DNA of 55,839 bases from Myxococcota bacterium (GCA_036149055.1 JAYZQJ010000055.1:1-55839), one strand, 5' to 3'. Positions 25,638 through 34,456 are shown, counted from the stretch's first letter. Numbers and translations: made by a program. The notes: a model not told the origin generated them from the letters alone.

Positions 25638-26237
25638 GTGTCCGGCGCCCCGCAGTTCCCGACGCTCGACGAGCTCACCCTCCGCCTCCAGGCCGAGGGG
25701 GCCGACGTCCTCCGCTACGAGATCGACGCGCCGGTCCTGATCCGCCGGCCGGATCCGACGGAGGTGGTCGAAGACGGCCGGTCCTTCCACACCCGCGGCG
25801 CCGCCTCGATCGCGCTCGCCGAGGAGGCCATGCGCCGAGCGGGGCGCGCGGGAACCGGGCTGATGCGGCCTCGCGAGGGCGCCGACGTGGACGAGGTGAA
25901 GGTCGGCGCGGTCATCGCGCTGAAGAAGCGGGCCGGGGCCACGACCTTCCAGGAGCGCGTCGGCATCGGCCGCACCGCCAACATGGACGCGTGCATCCCG
26001 CTCCCGCGCATCTCGAAGTACCACGCGTTCCTGACCGCCGCGGATGAAGGCTGGCAGGTCGCCGACGCGCGCTCGACCTTCGGCACCCAGGTGGACGGGG
26101 TGACCCTCGAGCCGCTGATCGCGGTCCCCATCACCGACGGCGCGGAGCTGATGCTCGGGCCCTACGCGTTCCGCTTCCACACCCTCGACGGCCTGCTCGA
26201 GCACCTCGCCCGCGTGGCCCGCGTCCGGGGCGCCTGA
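25638..26237 (+). CDS. FHA domain protein (C-terminal FHA)
   Basis: IGRTANMDACIPLPRISKYHA...DARSTFGTQVDG. Confidence 0.85.
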   Translation: MSGAPQFPTLDELTLRLQAEGADVLRYEIDAPVLIRRPDPTEVVEDGRSFHTRGAASIALAEEAMRRAGRAGTGLMRPREGADVDEVKVGAVIALKKRAGATTFQERVGIGRTANMDACIPLPRISKYHAFLTAADEGWQVADARSTFGTQVDGVTLEPLIAVPITDGAELMLGPYAFRFHTLDGLLEHLARVARVRGA

Positions 26238-26307
26238 AGCTGCGGCATCGCGTCGCACCGGGGCCCGCGCACTTGCTCGCGGTCGCCGCAGGCGCCACGT
26301 ACAGGGC

Positions 26308-27336
26308 GTGCTCGAGAACCTCCTCCGGCCCTGGATCGTCGCGCGGCTGCTGAGCGGCGGCGCGGTGGCTCTGCTCGCGCTCTTCGGCGCGGTGGTGGCC
26401 TGGCGCGTGCTCCGTCGCTGGCGGATCGGCGCCACCTCGGAGGGGCAGCTGGCGCTCGAGCGGCGGGCGGAGCTGGTGGCGGCGGTGGTGCAGATCGCGC
26501 TGGTCTTCGCGGTGATGAACCTCGCGCTCACCGTGCTCACCGCCGACCGGCTGACGCACTCCATCCGCGGCGCGATGTGCGCGTGGGGCGTGTTCGACGC
26601 GAGCCCCTACGGCTTCGTGGCGCTCGCGACCAGCGCCCTCGGGGCCGCGCTGTGCGCGCTGTGGGTGGTGCTGCACCGCCTGGACCTGAAGCTCGCGCGG
26701 CCGACGCTGACCCGCCGCAAGTTCGCCGCGCTCTTCGGGCTCGCGCCGGTGCTCGCGCTGGATCTCTGGGTCACCGCGCGCTGGGCGCTCGACCTCGACA
26801 TGGAGGTCGTCGCCACCTGCTGCTCGCTCGGGCTCGACGACGCGCTCGGCGGCGCGCGCGGGAGCGCGGGCGGAGATCGCGTGCTCGCCGCCTGGCTCGC
26901 GCTCGGCACCGGCCTCGGCGCCGCGGTGGCGTCGGGGCTCGCGTGGCGGAGGCCGACTCGCTTCACCGCGTGGCTCGCCGCCGCGCTCAGCGTCACGGCC
27001 GCGGCCGCGGCCATCCCGGCCATCCTCTGGTTCGTGGCTCCCCACGCCTACGAGACGCCGCACCACCTCTGCCCGTTCTGCCTCCTGCACGCCGACGTCG
27101 GCGGGATCGGCTGGCCGCTCTTCGGCGCGCTCTTCGGCGCGGCGGTGTGCGGCGCCGCGCTCGGGCTGGTCGAGTCGCAGCGGGGCGCGAGCGAGGCGGA
27201 CGCCACCGCGTCGCTGTCGCGGCGCCTCGGGGGCTGGGCGCTCGCGGGCTGGGCCCTGACTCTCTTCCTCGGCGCCCTGCCGGTCGTCCGCTACGCGTGG
27301 GTCACCGGGGGCGCCTCGCTCTTCGGAGGCGCGTGA
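26308..27336 (+). CDS. Cys/His-motif polytopic membrane protein associated with the NosL-family gene
   Basis: About 8 TM helices with loop motifs GAMC, ATCCS and YETPHHLCPFC; stop overlaps the next ATG (TGATG). Confidence 0.8.
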   Translation: MLENLLRPWIVARLLSGGAVALLALFGAVVAWRVLRRWRIGATSEGQLALERRAELVAAVVQIALVFAVMNLALTVLTADRLTHSIRGAMCAWGVFDASPYGFVALATSALGAALCALWVVLHRLDLKLARPTLTRRKFAALFGLAPVLALDLWVTARWALDLDMEVVATCCSLGLDDALGGARGSAGGDRVLAAWLALGTGLGAAVASGLAWRRPTRFTAWLAAALSVTAAAAAIPAILWFVAPHAYETPHHLCPFCLLHADVGGIGWPLFGALFGAAVCGAALGLVESQRGASEADATASLSRRLGGWALAGWALTLFLGALPVVRYAWVTGGASLFGGA

Positions 27337-27764
27337 TGCGGTTCGCTCTCATCTTCTCTCTCCTCCTGACCGCCTGCGGCGGCGAGACCGAGGACGCCCG
27401 CGCGCGCTGCGCGACCTGCGGCATGGTCGTGGACGCCGAGAGCGGCTGGCGCGCGGGCGCGACCGCGGACGGCGAGACCCTCGCCTTCGACGCGCCGAAG
27501 TGCCTCTTCCGGCGCGTGCACCGCGAGGGCCCGGTCGAGGGCGGCTGGGTCATCGAGTACTACAGCCAGGAGCGCGCGCCGGCGCGGGAGCTGTTCTACG
27601 TGATCGGCTCCGACCTCGAGAGCCCGATGGGCCGCGACCTGGTGCCGGTCCGCGGCCGCGACGAGGCCGAGCGGCTGCGGGACGACCACCACGGCGAGGC
27701 GGTGCTCTCCTACGACGAGGTGACGTCCGAGGTCGTCGAGGCGCTGTTCACGCCGCGCGCGTGA
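27336..27764 (+). CDS. NosL-family metal-binding lipoprotein
   Basis: Lipobox LTAC; CATCGM, FDAPKCLF, YVIGSDLESPMGRDLVP and HHG match the NosL pattern. Confidence 0.85.
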   Translation: MRFALIFSLLLTACGGETEDARARCATCGMVVDAESGWRAGATADGETLAFDAPKCLFRRVHREGPVEGGWVIEYYSQERAPARELFYVIGSDLESPMGRDLVPVRGRDEAERLRDDHHGEAVLSYDEVTSEVVEALFTPRA

Positions 27765-27770
27765 CCGGCT

Positions 27771-28307
27771 TCAGCACCGACGCTCGGGGTCCTCTTCGCA
27801 GATCCGGGTGAGCCGCGCGCGCGTCGCGTCCTCGAGCCCGCGGAGACCGGCGGCCACGCCGTGCTCCATCGCGGCGTCGATGCTGTCGCCGCGCAGGAAC
27901 GCCCGCAGCGCCATGATCGCGCCGGCCCGGTTGCCGGAGCCGCAGTGCACGATCGCCGGCCCGTCGGCCGCCACGAGCAGCGAGTCCACCCGCCGCGCGT
28001 TCTCGACGGTGAGATCGTCCGGCCCGTCGATCGGCACGTGCGCGAACCGCATGCCCAGCCGCTCGACCGTCTCGCGCTCCTCGGGCAGCCCGCCCTCGGT
28101 GTGGGTGCGCAGCGAGATCACCAGCGTGAAGCCCGCGGCGGCGGCGGCCTCGAGGTCGGCCTCGCTCGGAGGCCCGCCGGTGATCACGCCCGGCTCCGCC
28201 TCCGCCTGGTTGGGCAGCGCGAGCGCGCTCGGCGCGGATCCGCTCGACGACGGGGCTCCTCCGCAGGCGAGGAGGAGCGAGAAGAGAAGGCTCGGCAGCA
28301 CCCGCAT
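27771..28307 (-). CDS. Lipoprotein with PTP-like/DUF442 (Cx5R) domain
   Basis: Lipobox LLAC; GFTLVISLR, LGMRFAHVPI and IVHCGSGNRAG. Start placed at ATG 28307. Confidence 0.82.
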   Translation of the reverse strand: MRVLPSLLFSLLLACGGAPSSSGSAPSALALPNQAEAEPGVITGGPPSEADLEAAAAAGFTLVISLRTHTEGGLPEERETVERLGMRFAHVPIDGPDDLTVENARRVDSLLVAADGPAIVHCGSGNRAGAIMALRAFLRGDSIDAAMEHGVAAGLRGLEDATRARLTRICEEDPERRC

Positions 28308-28350
28308 CTGAGCCGTCACGTACGCCCCTGGCCCGGGACGGCAATCGGCG

Positions 28351-28665
28351 TCAGCTGGGCGGCGCGTCCTCGCGGATCGAGTTGGCGAGCATCACCGCCG
28401 CGACGGCGAGCAGGACGCCGAAGACCGCCTTCTCGAGCGTGCTCAGGAGCATCAGCGCCATCCCGGCCGCGCCGCCGAACTCGACCTCGACGACCCGGAA
28501 CGCGACGGCGGTGCAGCAGACCAGCACGATCTCGAGCGCGCCGGCGGCGATGAGGAGGTAGCCGGCCTGCGGCTTCGCGGCGCGCACCACGGTCGCGCCG
28601 ACGCCGACGTAGGCGGCGCCGATGAGGACGCCGAAGAAGGTGAAGACCCAGGGGAGGAAGCTCAC
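28351..28665 (-). CDS. Small 3-TM hypothetical protein
   Basis: Hydrophobic 104-aa segment of the track ORF; GTG 28665 overlaps the upstream stop. Confidence 0.65.
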   Translation of the reverse strand: MSFLPWVFTFFGVLIGAAYVGVGATVVRAAKPQAGYLLIAAGALEIVLVCCTAVAFRVVEVEFGGAAGMALMLLSTLEKAVFGVLLAVAAVMLANSIREDAPPS

Positions 28666-29012
28666 GCCGCACCTCCCGCCTCGGCGAGCCGCGTCTTGGC
28701 GTGCCGCGCCAGGACCACGAAGCCCGCCAGCACCGCGCCGGTCGACAGCAGCCAGAAGAGGAGACCGAGCAGGCTCGGGAAGACCCCGAGCGTGTCGTAC
28801 AGCTCGTACTGCTCCGCCTGGAGGAGGGCCGTCGGCAGGCTCTCGCAGCAGAAGAACGCCCACCGCAGCAGGCCGCCGCCGGCGATGAGGTAGCCCGCGG
28901 TCGCGTAGACCTTTCGCACCGGCAGCAGCCCCACCACGATCAACGCGACCGCGGTGAGCCAGCCGATGCACCCATCGAGCGACGCCAGGCCGCTCATCGC
29001 CCCCTGATCCAT
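28662..29012 (-). CDS. Small 3-TM hypothetical protein
   Basis: 116 aa with three hydrophobic helices; shares AGYL(L)IA.G.L...CC with its neighbour. Confidence 0.65.
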   Translation of the reverse strand: MDQGAMSGLASLDGCIGWLTAVALIVVGLLPVRKVYATAGYLIAGGGLLRWAFFCCESLPTALLQAEQYELYDTLGVFPSLLGLLFWLLSTGAVLAGFVVLARHAKTRLAEAGGAA

Positions 29013-29048
29013 GCGCGCACGCTATCAGCTCCGGCGCCGCGCGCGCCA

Positions 29049-29636
29049 TCAATCGTCGACGCCGTCGAACAGCCGCCGCTCGAGGGACGCCGCGTCACCC
29101 CCGCCCAGCCTCGCGAGCACCGCCCTCGCCATGCGCCCGTCCGCCGGGAAGAGCAGCGCCGGCAAGCTCGCCTCGAGCTCGTCGAGCGGCGGCTCCAGCG
29201 CGCTCCGCGCCGCCGAGCCCTGGTGCGCCGAGTCGTGGTGCGCCGACTCGTGGTGCGCCGAGCTCTGGTGCGTGGAGGCGTGGTTCGTAGAGTCGTGGTG
29301 CGCCCGCAGCCAGGCCCGCGCCACCTCGAGATCGCGGTTGCGCCGCACCACACGCTTGAGCCGCAGGAGCGCGCGCATCCAGCCGTGGAAGGCGGCGAGG
29401 GGTGGGGCCCACCCGGGGACCGCACCGCCGGCGCGCGCCGCGTCGAGCGCGTCGAGCCGCGCCTCGATCGTCGCCATCGGCAGCCGGTCGATCTCGCGCA
29501 GGGCGCCGGGGAAATCGGCCGCGAGCGCGCGCATCCGAGCCGGCGCCTCGTCGTCGCCTCCGCGCGCGTGAGCCGCCCGCATCTCCCGCATGCGCCGGTA
29601 CTTGTCGATCAGCGCGTCGAGGACCTCGGGGGGCAC
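29049..29636 (-). CDS. Hypothetical protein with His-rich pentapeptide insert (start uncertain)
   Basis: Helical-looking sequence from VPPEVLDAL; internal AHHDS/AHHES/AHQGS repeats encoded by ~15-bp units at about 29216-29302. Confidence 0.55.
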   Translation of the reverse strand: MPPEVLDALIDKYRRMREMRAAHARGGDDEAPARMRALAADFPGALREIDRLPMATIEARLDALDAARAGGAVPGWAPPLAAFHGWMRALLRLKRVVRRNRDLEVARAWLRAHHDSTNHASTHQSSAHHESAHHDSAHQGSAARSALEPPLDELEASLPALLFPADGRMARAVLARLGGGDAASLERRLFDGVDD

Positions 29637-29913
29637 CCCGACACCGTACCCGGTCCCGCGAGGATCGCCACGAAGCACGACCTGCGGGTTCGCGATCACA
29701 GCGTCCGGAAGGCGTCCCTCGGCGAGTCGACGCGAGCACGTCCGCGAGCCCGCCCGAGAAACTTTGGGGGCCGGTGTATGTGATTGGAATCGTTGGGTTC
29801 GTTCTGTCATGTTGTCGTGCGCGTGGCTGGCCTCGGAGGCCCCGCCTCGATAGAATGCGAGGGTGCTCATGGCGTCGCCGTTCGTTGCGACGTGGAGCGC
29901 GGGAGGAGGCCGG

Positions 29914-30993
29914 ATGGCGGAGGGCCACGGGGCGGATTCGATCGAGGTGCTGCAGGACATGGAGGTCGTCCGGAGGCGGCCGGGCATGTACGTCGGCGAC
30001 GTGCACGACGGCTCGGGGCTGCACCACCTGATCTGGGAGGTGGTGGGCAACGTGATCGACCTGCACCTCGCGGGGAAGGCGACGCAGCTCGACGTCACGG
30101 TGCGGGACGGCTGGGTGGAGGTCCTCGACGACGGCCCGGGGTTCCCGGTCACGCAGCACGGGGACCGGAGCGCGGTGGAGCGCATCTTCACCACCCTGCA
30201 CGCGGCGGCGACCTGGGACGGGCACTTCCCGCACGTGCACCTCACGAGCTCGATGCGCGGCGTGGGCCTCGGCCCGGTGTGCGCGCTGTCGGCCGAGCTC
30301 GAGGTCGAGACGCGGACCCGGGGGCACGTCTACCGGCAGCGCTACCAGCAGGGGCGGCCGGTGACCGCGCTCGAGCGGGGCGGCCCCTCGGCGACCAGCG
30401 GCGCGAGGGTCCGGTTCCGGCCGGATCCGAGCATCTTCACCGACCTCCGGTTCGACGAGTCGCAGGTCCGCGCGCGCCTCCACGAGCTGGCGTACCTGAA
30501 CCCCCTGATGACCGTCGGCTTCCAGGGCGAGCGGTTCCGGGAGCGCGAGGGCATCCGTTCGCTCGTCTGGGCGACGGCGGCGAAGCGCGGCGCGTCGCCG
30601 GAGATGCCGATCCTGCGCGGCACCGGCCGGGCGAAGGAGGTGCTCGTCGACGCGGCGTTCGGCTGGCTCGACGAGGGCCCGCCCTCGCTCGTCGGCTTCG
30701 TCAACCAGCTGCGGCATCGCACCGGGACCCAGCTCGAGGGCCTGTGGGACGGACTGCGGGCGGGGCTGGGCGTCTCGCCCGAGGCCTCGGTCGTCCGGGA
30801 GCGGCTCGGGCGCGGCCTGATCGGGGCGGTGCACGTCGGCCTCTACGCCCCGAGCTGGGGCGCGCCGACCCGCGATCACCTCGCGTCGCCGGAGGCGCGC
30901 GAGGCGACGGCGGAGGTGGTGGAGCGGATCCTGGCCGCCGCGCTCCGACGCGACCCGAAGCTCCGGCGCCAGCTCCTCTCGCGCCTGCGCTGA
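29914..30993 (+). CDS. Stand-alone GyrB/ParE N-terminal (GHKL ATPase + transducer) protein with no TOPRIM domain
   Basis: IEVL..MEVVRRRPGMYVG, GLHHLIWEVVGNVID, DDGPGFP, TTLHA, GVG, VRFRPDPSIF, RLHELAYLNP and FVN. Ends at 359 aa. GGAGG upstream of ATG 29914. Confidence 0.88.
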   Translation: MAEGHGADSIEVLQDMEVVRRRPGMYVGDVHDGSGLHHLIWEVVGNVIDLHLAGKATQLDVTVRDGWVEVLDDGPGFPVTQHGDRSAVERIFTTLHAAATWDGHFPHVHLTSSMRGVGLGPVCALSAELEVETRTRGHVYRQRYQQGRPVTALERGGPSATSGARVRFRPDPSIFTDLRFDESQVRARLHELAYLNPLMTVGFQGERFREREGIRSLVWATAAKRGASPEMPILRGTGRAKEVLVDAAFGWLDEGPPSLVGFVNQLRHRTGTQLEGLWDGLRAGLGVSPEASVVRERLGRGLIGAVHVGLYAPSWGAPTRDHLASPEAREATAEVVERILAAALRRDPKLRRQLLSRLR

Positions 30994-30998
30994 TCGCG

Positions 30999-31673
30999 CT
31001 ACTCGACCAGCGAGCCGTCGCGCATGAGGACGGCGCGGTCGACCCGCGGGTCGTCGTGGAGGCGCGGGTCGTGGGTGGCCGCGACGACGGTGGTGCCCTC
31101 GTCACGGAGCGACGCGAGCAGGTCGACGATCTCCCTCGCGTTGTCCGTGTCGAGGTGCGCGGTGGGCTCGTCGAGCAGCAGCACCGGCGGGGAGGGCACG
31201 AGGGCCCGGACGATCGCGGCGCGCTGACGCTGGCCGCCGCTGAGCCGGGAGGCGCGCGCGTCGATCCGGTCGCCGAGGCCGACCCGTCCGAGCAGGGCCT
31301 CCGCGCGGGCCACCTGATCGCGGGTCGCGCCGCCGAGCGGGACCAGGGGCAGCAGCACGTTCTCGCGCACGCTCATCCCGTCGATCAGCGAGAGATCCTG
31401 GAACACGAAGCCGACCTTGCGGCGCCGCACCTCGGTGCGGTGGTGATCCCGGAGGTGGGTCAGCTCCTCGCCGAGCACGCGCACCGCGCCCGACGTCGGC
31501 GTGACCATGCCGCCCATCACGCCGAGCAGGGTCGTCTTGCCGGAGCCGCTCGGTCCGCGGAGCACCCACAGCGCGCCCTCCGGCACCTCGAGGGTCACGC
31601 CCGCCACCGCCTCGACCCGGGTGGCCCCGTCGCGGTAGCGCTTGCGCACGTCTTCCAGCGCGATCGCGCTCAC
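30999..31673 (-). CDS. ABC transporter ATP-binding protein (LolD/MacB-like)
   Basis: GPSGSGKT, GFVFQ, LSGGQRQR, LLLDEPT and ATHD; GTG 31673 overlaps the permease stop. Confidence 0.93.
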   Translation of the reverse strand: MSAIALEDVRKRYRDGATRVEAVAGVTLEVPEGALWVLRGPSGSGKTTLLGVMGGMVTPTSGAVRVLGEELTHLRDHHRTEVRRRKVGFVFQDLSLIDGMSVRENVLLPLVPLGGATRDQVARAEALLGRVGLGDRIDARASRLSGGQRQRAAIVRALVPSPPVLLLDEPTAHLDTDNAREIVDLLASLRDEGTTVVAATHDPRLHDDPRVDRAVLMRDGSLVE

Positions 31674-32821
31674 TCGCCGCCTCGCAGGGCCTGGTCGGGG
31701 TCGATCATCGCCGCCCGCCACGCGGGGACGACGCTGATGGCGACGAAGGGGATCACCACCGCCGCGACGAGCGCGAAGCCCTGCACCGGGTCGAACGCGG
31801 GCACGAGCCGCATCGGCGGCCGCAGCGCGCTCCAGCCGAGCAGCGCGTCGAGCAGGCCCGGCGCGTCGAGCCAGAAGACGTAGGCGTAGGCGAGCACGGC
31901 CCCGAGCGTGGCCCCGAAGGTCGCGACGATCGCCGACTCCCACATGCGGGCCGCGAGCACGTCGGCGGTGCCCCAGCCCACCGCCTTCAGCACGCCGATC
32001 TCCCGGCGCTCGCCCGGACCGAGCCCCGTGAGGCGCTCCCACGCGAGCAGCAGGAAGGCGGCGAGCGCGGGCAGGAGCAGGAGCGCGAGCAGCCCGCCGC
32101 GGGTGTCGAAGGTCAGCTCGTAGGTCCGCTCGAGCAGCCGCGCGTCGAGCACGCGCGCGCCGGGGACCAGCGCGCCGATGCGCTCGGTGAGCACGCCCGC
32201 CTCGTCCTGGGTCGTCAGGTCGATCGCGAGGTCGGTGGCGCTCCCCTCCGGCATGCCGAGCAGGCGCCGGGCGTGGGGCGGCGTGGCGACGATGAGGTCC
32301 GCGGTGCGGATGGCCGCGTCCTCGCCGAACACGCCGACGACGTCGCTGAAGCGCACCTCGCCCTCCACCGGGATCCCGATCTCGTCGCCGACCCGGAGGC
32401 CGAGCAGATCCGCGATCGAGGCGCCGACCGCGACCTCCCCGTCGGCGGCGGGGAGGCGACCGTCGGCCAGCGTCCGCGCCTCGGTGGCGCCGACCACGGT
32501 GACGTTCGCCTCGAGCGCGACGAAGAAGTAGTAGCCCCACACGCGCGGCTCCACGCGGCGCACGGCGGGGAGGGCGGCGAGCTCGTCGGCGACGGCGACG
32601 TCGATCAGCGCCGGGCGCCCGGCCACGAGGCGCTGCACCGTCAGGTCGGGCATGCCGCCGGTGCCCCGGGCGTACTCGGCGCGCAGCGCGTCGGTCAGCA
32701 GCAGCGCGGCGCCGAAGAGCGCGACCACGAAGGCGAGCCCGAGCGTCAGCGCGAGGCTCTTGCCGAGCCGGCGCCGGAGGCCGCCGAGGGCGAAGTCGAT
32801 CAACGCGAGCTGACGCTTCAT
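31670..32821 (-). CDS. FtsX/MacB/LolC-type ABC permease
   Basis: One N-terminal TM, periplasmic domain, three C-terminal TMs; ERREIGVLKAVGW and PAWRAAMIDP. Confidence 0.9.
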   Translation of the reverse strand: MKRQLALIDFALGGLRRRLGKSLALTLGLAFVVALFGAALLLTDALRAEYARGTGGMPDLTVQRLVAGRPALIDVAVADELAALPAVRRVEPRVWGYYFFVALEANVTVVGATEARTLADGRLPAADGEVAVGASIADLLGLRVGDEIGIPVEGEVRFSDVVGVFGEDAAIRTADLIVATPPHARRLLGMPEGSATDLAIDLTTQDEAGVLTERIGALVPGARVLDARLLERTYELTFDTRGGLLALLLLPALAAFLLLAWERLTGLGPGERREIGVLKAVGWGTADVLAARMWESAIVATFGATLGAVLAYAYVFWLDAPGLLDALLGWSALRPPMRLVPAFDPVQGFALVAAVVIPFVAISVVPAWRAAMIDPDQALRGGE

Positions 32822-33126
32822 CGCCGCCTCGGCTCCACGCCGCCGACCCGCAGGACCGCGCGCGGCGGGCCGATCAGCGCGCCCGCCGGATCGACGTCGG
32901 GCGCCCCGGGCAGGTCGCTCACCGCGGCCCCCGGCTCGGCCTGCGAGGGGTGCCGGAGCCAGCGCTCGGCGCTGCTCAGCACGAGGTCCGGGAGGCCGAG
33001 CGAGACGGCGGCCTCGTGGTCGGGGCCGGACCGGGGGCGGCGCCGGCCGGCGTCGACGAGCGCGACGGCGACGAGGGCGGCCAGCAGGACGAGCCCGCCG
33101 GCGAGCGCGCGGAGGCGAGGGGTCAT
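32818..33126 (-). CDS. Small membrane-anchored hypothetical protein
   Basis: N-terminal TM then LGLPDLVLSSAERWLRHPSQAE; 4-bp overlaps with both neighbours. Confidence 0.7.
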   Translation of the reverse strand: MTPRLRALAGGLVLLAALVAVALVDAGRRRPRSGPDHEAAVSLGLPDLVLSSAERWLRHPSQAEPGAAVSDLPGAPDVDPAGALIGPPRAVLRVGGVEPRRR

Positions 33127-33944
33127 GCGCCGAGCACGCTCAGGAGGACCTGGGTGAGGATCGCGTTGGCGACCAGCACCGCGATCGAGACCGCGACCAC
33201 GGCGGTGGTGGTGGAGCGCCCGACGCCCTCGGTGCCGCCGCGGGTACGCATGCCGAAGTGGCAGCCGAGGAGGCAGACCAGGAACCCGAACACCGGCGTC
33301 TTCGCGACGCCGCTGAGCAGGTCCGAGAGATCGATGGTGTCGATCGCGGTCGAGAGGAAGAACGGCATCGAGATGCCGAAGGTGACGCGGCACACGATCA
33401 TCGCGCTGCCGATGCCGAGCACGATGGCGAAGCTCGCGAGCAGCGGCATCAGGAGGGTGCCGGCGAGGACGCGCGGCACGACGAGCTTCCGGATGGGGTC
33501 GGCCCCGAGGGCGCGGATGGCGTCGATCTGCTCGGTCACCGCCATCGAGCCCAGCTCGGCCGCGATGCCGGCCGCGATCCGGCTCCCGACGACGAGCGAG
33601 GTGAGGGACGGCGCCAGCTCGCGGGTCATGCTCAGGCCGACGATGCGCCCGACGCTGTCCTTCGCGCCGAAGCGCTCGAGGGAGTAGGCGAACTGGATCG
33701 CCATGACGATGCCGACGAAGATCGCGGTCGCGGCCGCGATCCCGAAGCTCTTCACGCCGAGCTGCTCCATCTGGTAGATGAAGGCGCGCGGCTCGAAGCG
33801 GGTGGTGAAGAGCGCGCGGCTGGCGCGGAAGGCGAGGGTGGAGACCGCGCCCGCCTGCCGGACGAAGGTGAGCACCCGTCGGCCCTGGCCACGGAACACG
33901 CGGCCGGCGAAGCCGGGGCGGGCCTCGCGTGTGTCCGCGCTCAC
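33123..33944 (-). CDS. mlaE: MlaE-family ABC permease
   Basis: TRELAPSLTSLVVGSRIAAGIAAELGSMAVTEQIDAIRALGADP...LVVPR and GGTEGVGRSTTTAVV. Start placed at GTG 33944. Confidence 0.9.
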   Translation of the reverse strand: MSADTREARPGFAGRVFRGQGRRVLTFVRQAGAVSTLAFRASRALFTTRFEPRAFIYQMEQLGVKSFGIAAATAIFVGIVMAIQFAYSLERFGAKDSVGRIVGLSMTRELAPSLTSLVVGSRIAAGIAAELGSMAVTEQIDAIRALGADPIRKLVVPRVLAGTLLMPLLASFAIVLGIGSAMIVCRVTFGISMPFFLSTAIDTIDLSDLLSGVAKTPVFGFLVCLLGCHFGMRTRGGTEGVGRSTTTAVVAVSIAVLVANAILTQVLLSVLGA

Positions 33945-34456
33945 CGCGACTCCTCGGCCACGTCCGTGCTGAACTCGCCGACGAAGCGCTCGAAGATCCG
34001 CGCCGCCTCCTCGAACGCGTCGCCGGGGGGCGTGACGAGCGCGAAGTCGTAGGTGCACTCGTCCTTCTTCATCACGTAGAGCAGCAGCTCGCGCGGCACG
34101 CCGTCGAGCTTCGCGCGGATGTGCGACCGCAGCGCCTCGCGCCCGTCCATCGGCACCCGATCGCTGCTCACCCACTCGCGATCGGTGAAGCCGATGAGCA
34201 GGTGGCCGGTCAGCGAGGTCAGGGGCACGTCCTGGAACGGGTCGCACGTCGCGTTGACCTGGACGATCGCCCCGAGCGTGTCGTGGTGCCAGGCGAGGTC
34301 GTTCTGGTCGACGCCGATCCGATCCCAGCCGTCGCCGAGATCTCCGATCCGGTAGCGCGCCTCGCCGTCGGCGTACACGCCCCCGGTCAGCGTCGCGCCT
34401 CCGCCGCACGCGGCGAGCCAGAGCGAGAACGAGACCGCCAGCGGGAGCCGTCGCAT
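33941..34456 (-). CDS. Hypothetical lipoprotein
   Basis: MRRLPLAVSFSLWLAAC lipobox; stop overlaps the mlaE start. Confidence 0.75.
   Translation of the reverse strand: MRRLPLAVSFSLWLAACGGGATLTGGVYADGEARYRIGDLGDGWDRIGVDQNDLAWHHDTLGAIVQVNATCDPFQDVPLTSLTGHLLIGFTDREWVSSDRVPMDGREALRSHIRAKLDGVPRELLLYVMKKDECTYDFALVTPPGDAFEEAARIFERFVGEFSTDVAEESR

Noticed and set aside
26308..27764. Nitrous oxide reduction (nos) cluster
   Set aside because: Only a NosL-like gene is present; no nosZ, nosD, nosR or nosY motifs were found in the window.
29914..30993. Calling this gene gyrB or a frameshifted gyrB
   Set aside because: There is no TOPRIM (EGDSA) region and no space for a continuation before the convergent ABC gene.
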